Shown here: positions 33,057-45,213 of the stretch, piece after piece
How positions within the stretch are numbered: the stretch's first letter is position 1
Layout of the letters: the number at the start of each line of letters is the position of its first letter
Source of the DNA: Alphaproteobacteria bacterium
GTDB lineage: Bacteria; Pseudomonadota; Alphaproteobacteria; UBA8317
NCBI GenBank assembly: GCA_038131935.1
Contig: JAYPQH010000002.1
Span: forward strand, 1-52,386
Reading direction: 5' to 3'
Length of the DNA stretch: 52,386 bases
Translations under genes and position numbers: made by a program
Notes under the pieces: generated by a model
What the model saw: only the letters and a program-made list of their open reading frames with translations
What the model was told of the DNA's origin: nothing
Database searches by the model: none

Positions 33057-33853
33057 GTTGTTGCCATCAATTCTTTTGTGGCTTTGATTATGTCAGCTTG
33101 GCGCATCAATGATTCACCCACCAAAATAGCCCGAGCTCCAAAATTTTTGACTCTTGTCACATCATGGGCTGTAAAAATACCACTCTCTGATACCCAAAAT
33201 ATATCTGATGGGATTTGTTCTCCCAAATGCTGTGATGTTGTGAGGCTAACTTCAAATGTTTTGAGATCCCTATTGTTGATACCCAGAAATGTCATGCCAA
33301 GTGCCATGGCACGATCGAGCTCAGCTTGGTCATGAACCTCACATAAGCAGTCTAAGCCTAGATATTCTGCTGTTTGAGCAAGATCCTTAGCCTGCGCATC
33401 TGTTACAGACGCCATGATCACCAAAATGCAGTCAGCCCCCCAAACTCGGGCTTGAAACACTTGATACGTGTCATACAAAAAATCTTTTCTCAAACATGGT
33501 AATGAACTTGATTTTCCAGCAAGCTCTAAAAATTCAGGTGATCCTTGGAAACTTGGCTGATCTGTGAGAATTGATAAACATGCAGCGCCTCCTTCTTCAT
33601 AAGAGGCTGCAAGTTGTGAAGGTTGAAAGTCTTCTCTAATCAATCCTTTAGATGGAGAGGCTTTTTTTATTTCTGCAATTAATGCTGGATGCTGTGTTGC
33701 ATCATATTGAGATTTGAGCCGGCGAACAAAACCCCGCAATGGTCTCGTATGGCTTTCAGCCATCTCCCTCATGGTTTGTGGGGAAACTATTTGTTTTTGC
33801 GAACAAATTTCTTCAAGTTTATATTCTTTGATACGGTCGAGAATGTTACTCAT
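33053..33853 (-). CDS. trpC: Indole-3-glycerol phosphate synthase
   Basis: Motifs IAEIKKASPSKG, LRKDF, GINNRDL and VSESGI. Confidence 0.97.
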   Translation of the reverse strand: MSNILDRIKEYKLEEICSQKQIVSPQTMREMAESHTRPLRGFVRRLKSQYDATQHPALIAEIKKASPSKGLIREDFQPSQLAASYEEGGAACLSILTDQPSFQGSPEFLELAGKSSSLPCLRKDFLYDTYQVFQARVWGADCILVIMASVTDAQAKDLAQTAEYLGLDCLCEVHDQAELDRAMALGMTFLGINNRDLKTFEVSLTTSQHLGEQIPSDIFWVSESGIFTAHDVTRVKNFGARAILVGESLMRQADIIKATKELMATT

Positions 33854-33856
33854 GCA

Positions 33857-34864
33857 TCATTCCACCCTTAGCTGTTGTAAAACCCGAAGAGCTGCACCAC
33901 CATCAATAGATAACGCTGCCAATTCAAGCCCGTTTTGGAAATCAGTTGCTTTTTCAGCCACCATCAGGGCTGCTGCTGAGTTAAGTAACACCACCTTGCG
34001 AAAATCATTGTCTGCGCCGTGGAGTAGGTCATCAATCGCTTGTGCGTTTTGTTCGGGAAGTCCACCAATCAAGCCATTGGGGTCCTTTAAATTTACCCCA
34101 TAATCATTTGGATTAAGTGTAAATGTTGTCACCTCACCATCTTTTAGTTGGGCAATGTCAGTTGGTGCACCCAATGTGATTTCATCAAGGCCATCATGCC
34201 CGTGCACAATCCAAGCTTTGTGAGAGCCTAGCCTCGCCAAAACAGTGGCAAAAGGCTTCAGCCATTTTCGATCATAAACACCTATAAGTTGCCTCTTTGC
34301 TCTTGCTGGGTTTGATAATGGCCCGAGCAAATTAAAGATCGTCCTCGTTTTGAGGGCTTTACGAACAGGAACAACATGCTTCATCGCTGCGTGATGATTT
34401 GGTGCCATCAAAAATGTCATGCCGACAGAATGAAGTTGCGCTGACTCTTGGGTAGCCGTCAGGTTTAGTGGCACGCCAAGTTGTTCAAGGACATCTGCAG
34501 AACCTGACCGTGATGAAACGGACCTATTACCATGTTTGGCAACTTTAACACCCGCACCTGCTACCACCAAAGCCGTTGCAGTCGAAATATTCAATGTCCC
34601 TTTACGGTCTCCTCCTGTGCCGCATGTGTCCAATATATCTGTTGGTGCGTCCACAGGAGTCATATGGCTTCGCATGGCCTCAACTGCGCCAGTTAACTCG
34701 TCAACATGTTCTCCCTTTGCCCGCAATGCTGCTAAGATGCCAGCAATCATCAATGGGTCAACCAACCCCTCCATGATTTGCATAAAAAGCTCTCGACTTT
34801 CGTGACTGCTCAAATTTTTTCCATCAAGCAATTGCTCAAGATAAAGGTGTTGTTGGCCACTCAT
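33857..34864 (-). CDS. trpD: Anthranilate phosphoribosyltransferase
   Basis: Motifs DTCGTGGD, KHGNRSVSSRSGSAD and RTIFNLLGPL; ATG 34864 overlaps the trpG TGA. Confidence 0.97.
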   Translation of the reverse strand: MSGQQHLYLEQLLDGKNLSSHESRELFMQIMEGLVDPLMIAGILAALRAKGEHVDELTGAVEAMRSHMTPVDAPTDILDTCGTGGDRKGTLNISTATALVVAGAGVKVAKHGNRSVSSRSGSADVLEQLGVPLNLTATQESAQLHSVGMTFLMAPNHHAAMKHVVPVRKALKTRTIFNLLGPLSNPARAKRQLIGVYDRKWLKPFATVLARLGSHKAWIVHGHDGLDEITLGAPTDIAQLKDGEVTTFTLNPNDYGVNLKDPNGLIGGLPEQNAQAIDDLLHGADNDFRKVVLLNSAAALMVAEKATDFQNGLELAALSIDGGAALRVLQQLRVE

Positions 34865-35439
34865 GATCCACCTCTGCATTGTGAAATAAAGTTTTCTAAT
34901 AATGTGTATCCATCGGGGCTGCGGATACTTTCTGGGTGAAATTGCAGGCCATATCTTGGCAGCTCTTTGTGTGTGATAGACATAATAATAGATCCATCCA
35001 TGGCATCAATTTGAAAACAAGATGGAAGGGAATTAGGTAAGATGGAAAGGGAATGGTACTTAGTAACAAAAACAGGATCGGGACATCTTGCAAAAAGATT
35101 TTGACCCATATGTTTTACCTGTGCAACTTTCCCATGAACAGGGGGACTATCTTGCTGTAATGTAGCACCATACGCCATGGCCAGGGTTTGGTGTCCAAGA
35201 CAAACCCCCAAAATCGGCATCTCATTGGGTACCTTTTTAACCAAGTCCAAGGCGACACCCGCTTCCGTTGGGCTGCAAGGACCGGGCGAGATCACAATGC
35301 CTTGGACATCATGTTGTAACATGTCTTCTGCTGACATTTGATCGTTGCGCACGACAACACATTGGGCGCCAAGCTCGCCTAACCTATGCACAAGATTGTA
35401 GGTGAATGAGTCGTAATTATCCAGCATTAGTAAGCGCAT
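34861..35439 (-). CDS. trpG: Anthranilate synthase component II (glutamine amidotransferase)
   Basis: Motifs DNYDSFTYNL, ISPGPCSP, GVCLGHQ and QFHPES. Confidence 0.95.
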   Translation of the reverse strand: MRLLMLDNYDSFTYNLVHRLGELGAQCVVVRNDQMSAEDMLQHDVQGIVISPGPCSPTEAGVALDLVKKVPNEMPILGVCLGHQTLAMAYGATLQQDSPPVHGKVAQVKHMGQNLFARCPDPVFVTKYHSLSILPNSLPSCFQIDAMDGSIIMSITHKELPRYGLQFHPESIRSPDGYTLLENFISQCRGGS

Positions 35440-36936
35440 GACTCTCCCCAAAACGTTCCTCTGCAACTTCTGCTGCATGAAAAAGCGCACGCGCTTTGTT
35501 CACGGTTTCCTCAAATTCAGATTGAGGCACAGAATCATAAACAATACCTGCGCCTGCTTGAACATGCATGACACCGTCGCGAATTTGCGCAGTGCGTAGA
35601 ACAAGGCAGGTGTCCATATCACCACGCACACCTAAATACCCTATGCCTCCAGCGTAGATTCCTCGACGCGTTGGTTCAAGCTCAGCAATAATTTCCAGTG
35701 CTCGAATTTTAGGGGCCCCAGATACAGTGCCCGCAGGTAATCCTGCCAATAATGCGTCAATCGCATCAGAATTTTCGTTTAATACGCCCGTGACTTGTGA
35801 AACCATGTGCATCACATGTGAATAGCGCTCGATGATAAATTCATCTTCAACCTTGACGGTGCCGATACGACTTACACGGCCGACATCATTTCTTCCCAAA
35901 TCTAACAGCATGAGGTGCTCTGCGCATTCTTTTGGATCATTGCGTAGATCTTCTGCAAGCGCTTGATCTTCTTCCTCATTCCGACCACGTTTTCGGGTTC
36001 CAGCGATTGGGCGCAGTGTAACCTTATTATTTTCTACTTTGACCAAAATTTCAGGGCTAGAACCAACCAATTCAAATCCAGCTGCACGTACATAGAACAT
36101 ATAAGGTGAGGGATTGGTGGTTCTTAATGCCCTGTATAACGCAATGCCGCCCAATGAAAATGGTCGCGAGAAGCGCTGAGAAGGAACAACCTGAAAGACG
36201 TCACCTTCACGTATATATTTTTTACATGTTTCCACATGATCAAGAAAGGTTTCAGCCGACATATTGCTCATGGGTGTTACATGTCCATGTGCTGTATTGT
36301 TCTTGATCGGCATATCTGGAAGTGGCCGCTGCAGGCATTTGATACTGCGAGCAATTTCCTGTTTGGCGTCATCAATGAGTTGGTGAGGGTCGGTTTCTGT
36401 TTTGGGCACAACCAACTGTACGATGTGAAGGCTGTCGCGGACATGATCTATAATAAGAATTTGTCGCGGCCTTATATAGACACCGAGTGGAAAGTCTTGT
36501 TCGTCTGGCTCAGGAAAACATAACTTTGGTTCGAGTAACTCAACAGCCTCAAAAGAGGTGCATCCGAAAATACCCGCCGCCATTGAAGGAAGTTCAGCGG
36601 GAAGTTGCTGAGGTAATGTTGCCCATAGTTCTCTCAAGGCATTTAAGCCATCCTCCGTTTGGCTAAGCACACGACCCTCATCGTCCTTTACGGTGCTTAC
36701 TTTTCTGCCAAGTTGTAAAATGAGGTCAGGTGAGTGCGCGAGAACAGAAAACCTGCCTTTACTGGTGCCATTGATTACTGATTCAAAAAGGAAACAATGA
36801 TCTTTGCAATACTCTTGGAAGCGTAACAATATCCCCACAGTGTGTGAAGGTCTCCGGGAATAATTGTATAAACAACGTCAGATTTTCCCTGTGAGAGAGA
36901 TTTTATCGCTTGCTCTGTGTTTTTTAAGTCACTCAT
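35417..36936 (-). CDS. trpE: Anthranilate synthase component I (frameshift near 36840)
   Basis: Motifs FQVVPSQRF, NPSPYM, EHLMLLDLGRND and GTVSGAPK. ATG 36936 gives MSDLK...GDLHT(P), joining VGILLR. Confidence 0.94.
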
Positions 36937-38718
36937 CAATTAAAACGCGATAACGCCCCCTCAATGTTGGCTGGGTAGGTTTTCAGATCACCTGAATCAA
37001 CCAATTGACCCAAAACATCAGACTGTAGCTCAACGATAAGTTCATTTAAAATCAGTGGGTTTAACCTGGGATCTGGCTTTTGATCTGAAGAAATGAGCTC
37101 AACTTTTTTGGGCTACAATGGCTTTTTGATCACTGATTATGAACGCATGAATATCATCCCTAAGCAATATTGGGGAGAGATCTTGACCTTGCAGAAGTTC
37201 TGTCAATTGCTGGCGGGTAAGGGTTTTATCCATGGCGTTACCAAAGTCTTCTCGAGCAGATGAAATAGATAAATCTCTGGTTTGAATATTTTTCTCTACC
37301 AATGCATCTGACTTTACTTGTTCCTGAACCTCATCAAATTGCGCAGGCCTCTCATCTTCAATATTTAGCAATTTAATAAATGAAGGAACCAACTTGCGGT
37401 TGTTAAACCCATAAGGCTCATCACCGGGCTGCAAATTCAGGATATCGTCTAAGGTTTGGCGATCTGGGAGTTGAAGTGCTGTTGCTAAGGCGTTCTTCGA
37501 AATGGTCTCTTGTTTTATGGTAAGACCTTGAATTTTGGTCATGCTTTGGAACGTTTCGCCTGCAGCAAGACGGTCTTCAACAGCAATATACAAATCGTTA
37601 ATTGCTTCAGGAAGTTGGTTATCTACCATGGTGTCCAAAACGAGTGATTTGATATCAACGAGCGGTGTTATTGTACCTTGAATGATCTTCTCGACCTTGT
37701 AGATAACTTCACCCATGAGTTCACTGGAGGGTTCGCTGATCGCGCCTTCATTAAGATCAAAGACAATATTTGCCATCTCGTCTAACAAACTGGCTTTGGT
37801 TTTTCCTTCAAACCGAATAACGGCTATGTCACTATCATCGTTATGATTTTGGTAAGCGTTTACCCGCGATACAAACTCTTCCTTAGGGAGATTAGACTTG
37901 TTTCTGAACTGGATGAAGTTTCTGCGTTCTTCGGTGCGAAAACTATCTTTATTTTGCTCATAATATGTCTGCACATCCTCATCTTTTATGGCGCCACGCA
38001 GGGTTGAACGCAAAGCATCTTGATCAATGTTAAGTATTTCAAATTGATGCTGTTGCGGTATTTTATAAAGGTCTTGATTCTTATTAAAAAACTCCAGAGC
38101 ATCATTGTTAGATATTTCCTGCTCCGGGATATCTACTTCAATCATTTTTAAACGAACAGAAATGTTACTGGTTTGGGTCAAGCCGGTGTTGATTGCGGGT
38201 GAGGCCTTGCCAAGTTTTATCAATGTCTGGGCGTATTGATTCTCCATCATGATGGTAAAAAATAATGTCTGTGCTTCCTGTTCTGTGAATCCATTTCTAA
38301 AAAGAATTTGGTCGAATAACTCTTGCGAAAATTTTCCTTGCTCATCAGCAAAGTCAGGATTTTCAAAAATAAGCTTTGCTACCATGCCAGGTGATGCCGA
38401 AAAGCCAGCTGTCTTTAAGTAATGACGAAACAGCTCATCTCTCACAAGACTTTGAATAACCTGTTGGTCCATACCGAATGCGCGTGCGTCAGCGATTGAG
38501 ATTGATCGCCGCTGTTGAAGCTCAGTTTGACGCCGTGTGCGATCAAATTCTTTCAAAAAGGCTTCTTGAGATATGGTGATGTCTTTACCTGTTGCCACAT
38601 CTGTATTGCCCATATTGGTGAAATCTCCGATACCCCAAATGGCAAAAGAAATTACCAGTAAGGCTATCAATACAGCACTATATTTTGAAGACGCCCAGTT
38701 TCGCAAACCATGCAACAT
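36936..38718 (-). CDS. ppiD: PpiD/SurA-N-domain periplasmic chaperone/PPIase (frameshift near 37105)
   Basis: N-terminal MLHGLR...LLVISFAIWGIGD anchor, YYEQNK..F and rotamase-like GAISEP. The corrected frame ends in a TGATG overlap with the trpE start. Confidence 0.78.
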
Positions 38719-38754
38719 TTCTAAACCTCGATGTAAAAATTATTCCCTAACGTC

Positions 38755-38783
38755 TTGCCACGATTGTGGCCAAAACGTAAACG
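38755..38783 (+). promoter_or_regulatory. Putative tpiA promoter
   Basis: TTGCCA (38755-38760), 17 nt, then TAAACG, within the divergent ppiD/tpiA gap. Confidence 0.4.
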
Positions 38784-38818
38784 GCCAAGAATAAATTAGC
38801 CATAAGGGGGGTGTAGGT

Positions 38819-39622
38819 ATGAAAATTGTTGTTGGCAATTGGAAAATGAATGGTTTGTTGGCTGATGTGGAGAAGTTTTCTTCCTACGCCCAAACCCTCT
38901 CGGCACGCGAAGGCTTGGAGATAGCAATTTGCCCACCTTCAGCCCTTCTTCATGCGGCAAAGTCCTCTTTTGGTCAGGTCATGAGAATCGGCGCACAGGA
39001 TTGTCATCAATCACTCTCTGGTGCGCATACGGGTGATATAAGTGTTCAATTGTTGCGTGAGATGTGTTGCAGTTACGTGATTGTTGGGCATTCCGAACGG
39101 CGGATTGCTTACTCAGAAAGCAACAGTATTCTCGCAGAGAAAATTCAAATGGCGGCGTCTCACGACATTCGTGTTATTTTTTGTGTTGGAGAGCCACTTG
39201 AAGCACGACAAGAAGGTGACTGGAAGGTTTTTTTACAGCAGCAAATGCAAGCTTTGGCCGGTCTAAAGATTCCAACAGATAAGCTGATATTGGCTTATGA
39301 GCCGATTTGGGCTATTGGAACAGGATTGCGTGCGGAGGCAGGACAAATTGAGGAAACCCACGCATTTCTTCGGCAAACATTGCTTTCATTTTGGGGAGGT
39401 GAAGGTTCTTCTATACCCGTCATATATGGCGGTTCTGTTAAACCAGATAATGTCCACGATCTGGCTGCATTGCGTGGTGTTGACGGTGCACTTGTTGGTG
39501 GGGCTAGCCTGAAGGTTGAAGATTTTAGAGTATTGTTGAGGCTTTCGCCTCAACATTGTAGAACTAATGCGAATAAAGGCCTTGATATGGCTCTGACCAG
39601 GGGTTTGAAATTCGCTTCTTGA
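38819..39622 (+). CDS. tpiA: Triosephosphate isomerase (true stop possibly 39561)
   Basis: Motifs GNWKMN, VGHSERR, AYEPIWAIGTG, YGGSVKP and LVGGASL. The C-terminal tail looks frameshift-extended. Confidence 0.96.
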   Translation: MKIVVGNWKMNGLLADVEKFSSYAQTLSAREGLEIAICPPSALLHAAKSSFGQVMRIGAQDCHQSLSGAHTGDISVQLLREMCCSYVIVGHSERRIAYSESNSILAEKIQMAASHDIRVIFCVGEPLEARQEGDWKVFLQQQMQALAGLKIPTDKLILAYEPIWAIGTGLRAEAGQIEETHAFLRQTLLSFWGGEGSSIPVIYGGSVKPDNVHDLAALRGVDGALVGGASLKVEDFRVLLRLSPQHCRTNANKGLDMALTRGLKFAS

Positions 39623-39632
39623 GGACGTTGAT

Positions 39633-39962
39633 ATGGAAAATATTTTAATGATCGTTCACATCATCATTGTGTTGATGTTGATCTTGGTGGTGCTGTTGCA
39701 GCGCTCCGAAGGTGGAGTGTTGGGTATTGGTGGCGGTCAAGGGGCATTCATGTCAGGGCGATCAGCAGCCAACGTTATGACCCGCACCACCACAATTTTG
39801 GCATTTTTATTTGTATGTTCTAGCCTTGGTTTGACCTGGGTGGCAGGCACATTTGAAGACGCGAACCTTCGTGATGAAATTAAAATGCTAGAGCAGAAAA
39901 CCCCTGATGCTGTGCAAGAAAATACATCCTCACAAAAACCTGCAGTTCCTTTGAGTGATTAA
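39633..39962 (+). CDS. secG: Preprotein translocase subunit SecG
   Basis: [13 protein letters not shown]...MSGR...N.MTRTT.ILA pattern. Confidence 0.95.
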   Translation: MENILMIVHIIIVLMLILVVLLQRSEGGVLGIGGGQGAFMSGRSAANVMTRTTTILAFLFVCSSLGLTWVAGTFEDANLRDEIKMLEQKTPDAVQENTSSQKPAVPLSD

Positions 39963-39967
39963 GATCT

Positions 39968-41624
39968 ATGGATGCATCCTCACCACTTCATCAGTCTAAA
40001 ACACGATTTTTGTTCGTTACCGGGGGCGTTGTGTCCTCCTTGGGTAAGGGTATTGCGTCTGCCGCTTTAGCATCTTTGTTGCAAGCGCGCGGTTATAAAT
40101 TGCGCATACGCAAATTAGATCCTTACCTCAATGTTGATCCTGGAACGATGTCACCTTATCAACATGGCGAAGTTTTTGTCACAAATGATGGGGCAGAAAC
40201 AGACTTAGATTTAGGCCATTATGAGCGGTTCACAGGGGTTGATGCACGTCAATCTGATAACATTACAGCCGGTCGCATTTATCAAAATGTTCTTACCAAA
40301 GAGCGTCGAGGTGACTACCTCGGGGGTACGGTTCAAGTTATTCCTCATGTGACAAATGAAATCAAAGATTTTGTAACTCATGACATTGATGAGCTGGATT
40401 TTTTAATTGTGGAGATTGGAGGAACCGTTGGTGATATTGAAGGGCTTCCTTTCTTTGAGGCTATTCGTCAATTAGGCCAGGAACTGGGACGTGAACGCAG
40501 CATGTTTGTGCATTTGACACTCATGCCCTTTATTTCCACAGCTGGTGAATTAAAGACCAAGCCAACACAGCATTCTGTGAAAGAACTTCGTTCAATTGGT
40601 ATTCAACCTGACCTTTTAATGTGCCGGTCAGATCGACCCATGCCTGAGGAAGAAAAGCGGAAAATTGCCCTTTTCTGTAACGTGCGTCCAGAAGCGGTGG
40701 TGAATGCCCTTGATGTTGAAACTATTTATGAGGTCCCATTGCGTTATCATGAGGCAGGACTTGATCAAGAAGTTTTGCGGCATTTCCGTCTTGGTGATGT
40801 GGGACCTAATCTAGATAGATGGCAAAATATTATCACGGCAATGAATGCGTCAGAGGGACATGTTCGGGTTGCAATCGTAGGCAAATATACTGGCCTGCCT
40901 GATGCTTATAAATCTCTGATAGAAGCTTTAAGACATGGTGGAATTGCCAACAATGTGCACGTTGAAATTGTCTGGAAAGAGTCAGAAATTTTTGAACATT
41001 CCGAGTCAATTTTTGAATTGGAATCTGTTGATGCGATCTTGGTTCCCGGGGGGTTTGGAGAGCGAGGGTCAGAGGGAAAAATTGAAGCTGTAAAGTTTGC
41101 TCGAGAGAAGAAAGTTCCCTTTTTGGGTATTTGCTTTGGGATGCAGATGGCAGTGGTGGAGGCCGCCAGAAAACCTTGCTGGTCTTCATGATGCTGGTTC
41201 TACGGAATTTGGGCCTTGTGGCGATGCTGTTGTGGGCTTGATGACGGAATGGACAAAGGGGAACCAGACAGAACAACGTGGTTTGGATGATGATGTAGGT
41301 GGCACCATGAGGCTAGGGTCTTATACCGCTCATTTGAGGTCTGAGACACTGATCCAATCCATCTATCAAGCTGATATAATCGATGAGCGCCATCGTCACC
41401 GTTTTGAAGTCAATGCAGCTTATGCAAATGTTCTGGAGCAAGCTGGATTGGTTATTTCCGGTTGGTCTCCTGATGGTAAATTACCGGAAACAATCGAATA
41501 TCAAGATCATCCTTGGTTTGTGGGTGAGCAGTATCATCCAGAACAAAAGTCACGCCCGTTTGCACCGCATCCTTTGTTTTCATCATTCATTGCAGCGGCT
41601 CTCGATCATTCCCGTTTGGTCTAG
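39968..41624 (+). CDS. pyrG: CTP synthase (frameshift near 41170)
   Basis: Motifs [35 protein letters not shown] and YHPE. Confidence 0.96.
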
Positions 41625-41646
41625 CATCTCCTCGGAGGATACTATT

Positions 41647-42483
41647 TTGTTATCACTTGGCTCGTTTGATATAGGAAATGATCTGCCAGCTATTTTTATG
41701 CTGGGACCATGTGCAATTGAGGGTTTGGACCATGCATTATTCACGGCCGAGCATATAGCCAAGCTTGCTCAGAAGCATAGCCTGAACGTGGTCTATAAAT
41801 CTTCGTTTGACAAAGCCAATAGAACATCTGCTTCTTCCCCAAGGGGTGTTGGTCTTGATGCGGCGATGGATATTTTCGATCAAGTTAAACGCGCAACAGG
41901 CTTGCCGGTCATGACAGATGTGCATCTGCCCGAGCAGTGTTCAGAGGTGGCAGAGCATGTTGATGTTTTGCAAATACCAGCTTTTCTATGTCGACAAACT
42001 GATTTGCTGCAAGCAGCAGCCAATACCGGCCTGTTGGTGAATATCAAAAAAGGGCAATTCTTAGCACCTTGGGATATGAAGCAGGTTATTGAGAAAATGA
42101 GATCCTTCGGTTGTGAGCAAGTCATGGCCTGTGAACGGGGAACATCATTTGGCTATAATACGTTGGTAACGGATTTTCGTGGTCTTTCCATTATGCGAAC
42201 AGAATGCAACTGCCCCGTAATTTTTGATGCGACTCACTCCGTTCAACAACCAGGAGGGCAGGGTGGTACATCTGGCGGCCAACGTGTATTCGCACCGTTA
42301 CTTGCACGAGCTGCTGTTTCTGTTGGTGTAGCTGGAGTGTTTTTGGAGACACATGAAGATCCCGATAACGCGCCATCAGATGGACCTAATATGATCCCTC
42401 TTTCTTATCTGGAAGATGTTCTTTTGGACCTTAAAGATTTTGACCAAATGGCGAAGTTACGACCTATACCCACCTTTAAGTGA
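41647..42483 (+). CDS. kdsA: KDO-8-phosphate synthase
   Basis: Motifs GPCAIE, KSSFDKANRTS, QIPAFLCRQTDL and DATHSVQQPGG; TTG start after GGAGG. Confidence 0.96.
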   Translation: MLSLGSFDIGNDLPAIFMLGPCAIEGLDHALFTAEHIAKLAQKHSLNVVYKSSFDKANRTSASSPRGVGLDAAMDIFDQVKRATGLPVMTDVHLPEQCSEVAEHVDVLQIPAFLCRQTDLLQAAANTGLLVNIKKGQFLAPWDMKQVIEKMRSFGCEQVMACERGTSFGYNTLVTDFRGLSIMRTECNCPVIFDATHSVQQPGGQGGTSGGQRVFAPLLARAAVSVGVAGVFLETHEDPDNAPSDGPNMIPLSYLEDVLLDLKDFDQMAKLRPIPTFK

Positions 42484-42492
42484 GTGATTTAA

Positions 42493-43782
<1,290 letters not shown>

Positions 43783-43820
43783 TAGTGTTCAGTGATCGTT
43801 GTTTTGTGTGTTGAGGGTGT

Positions 43821-44147
43821 ATGACAAGCTCATTCGTTGTATCTCGATTTGGCAAAAATGCTCTGGCTTTATTGCTTAGTTTGTTCATTATTTATTTTTT
43901 GTATCACCTTGTGCAAGGCGACCTAGGGGTGGTCTCATGGATGAGGGCAGAGAATCGTTTGCAGCAAGTAGCCCAGAAGCACCAACAATTGTTGGCAGAG
44001 AGGGCGTTTCTTGAGCACAAGAACAAATTGCTCGGATCAGATCTGCATCCAATTGATAAGGATTTATTGGACGAGCAAGCTCGTTCTGTATTAGGGCTTG
44101 CCCAAAATAACGAAATCGTCATTTATTTGGGAAGTGAACCCAAATAA
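43821..44147 (+). CDS. ftsB: Septum formation initiator FtsB/DivIC
   Basis: TM helix, G..G, coiled coil and DLLDEQARSVLG...NEIVI; located after eno. Confidence 0.86.
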   Translation: MTSSFVVSRFGKNALALLLSLFIIYFLYHLVQGDLGVVSWMRAENRLQQVAQKHQQLLAERAFLEHKNKLLGSDLHPIDKDLLDEQARSVLGLAQNNEIVIYLGSEPK

Positions 44148-44177
44148 ATAAGGCGCTAATGAGTATGGAGATAGTTG

Positions 44178-45212
44178 ATGCCCCGTAAAAAAGTAACAGC
44201 TGAACCACAGCTGCCATCTTTGGCACCTGCTGGTAGTGCCAGCGCTGCTAACCAAGAGCAGTTGTTAGAATTTTATCGGAGTATGTTGCTGATACGCCGT
44301 TTTGAAGAGCGCTCAGGACAAATGTATGGAATGGGACTTATTGGCGGGTTTTGCCATCTTTATATAGGTCAAGAAGCCGTTGTTGTAGGTGTCCAAGCTG
44401 CACTTAAACAAGGCGATCAAGTGATTACTGGATATCGTGATCATGGTCACATGCTGGCAGCAGGTATGAATCCAGACGGTGTTTTGGCAGAACTGACTGG
44501 TCGTGTGGGTGGGTACTCTAAGGGTAAGGGTGGCTCTATGCACATGTTCTCAACTGAACAGAATTTTTATGGTGGGCATGGGATTGTGGGGGCGCAGGTG
44601 CCTCTTGGTACGGGATTAGGGTTTGCCAACAAATACCGTGGCAATGATCATGTATCTGTTACCTATTTTGGTGATGGGGCTGCAAACCAAGGACAAGTGT
44701 ACGAATCCTTTAACATGGCAGAATTATGGGGTTTGCCTGTGATTTATGTTATTGAAAACAATCAATATGCCATGGGTACCTCTGTTGAGAGGGCATCTTC
44801 AAATATTCGTTTGGCTGATCGTGGTGCAAGTTTTTCTATACCTGGTGAACAGGTAGACGGAATGGATGTAGAGGCTGTGTATGACGCCGCACAACGTGCT
44901 GCTGATTGGTGTAGAGCTGGACATGGTCCCATTATTTTGGAAATGAAGACGTATCGTTATCGTGGGCATTCCATGTCCGATCCTGCCAAATATCGTAGCC
45001 GTGATGAAGTCCAAAAGATGCGTGAAGACCGGGATCCAATTGACCATCTTCGAGAAAAACTAATCCAAGCTAATATTCTTGATGAAGATGGATTTAAGCA
45101 AATTGATAAAGAAATCCGTGAGACGGTTATGAAAGCTGCGGAGTTTGCACAGCAAAGCCCTGAACCTGATGCGGCCGAACTTATGCGCGATATTTTGGTG
45201 GAGGTCGAGTGA
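44178..45212 (+). CDS. pdhA: Pyruvate dehydrogenase E1 alpha
   Basis: Motifs [21 protein letters not shown] and [12 protein letters not shown]. Confidence 0.97.
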   Translation: MPRKKVTAEPQLPSLAPAGSASAANQEQLLEFYRSMLLIRRFEERSGQMYGMGLIGGFCHLYIGQEAVVVGVQAALKQGDQVITGYRDHGHMLAAGMNPDGVLAELTGRVGGYSKGKGGSMHMFSTEQNFYGGHGIVGAQVPLGTGLGFANKYRGNDHVSVTYFGDGAANQGQVYESFNMAELWGLPVIYVIENNQYAMGTSVERASSNIRLADRGASFSIPGEQVDGMDVEAVYDAAQRAADWCRAGHGPIILEMKTYRYRGHSMSDPAKYRSRDEVQKMREDRDPIDHLREKLIQANILDEDGFKQIDKEIRETVMKAAEFAQQSPEPDAAELMRDILVEVE

Positions 45213-45213
45213 T

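Noticed and set aside
41520-41550. Odd residues in conserved motifs (Pyr[10 protein letters not shown], PdhB RPMYF, LipA CDFC)
   Set aside because: Single-base changes in an error-rich assembly cannot be treated as biological without read support.
41383-41646. Long N-terminal extensions in the ORF track (kdsA, and similarly lolD, uppS, trpG, pdhB)
   Set aside because: They overlap upstream genes, and downstream starts with an RBS match family N-termini.
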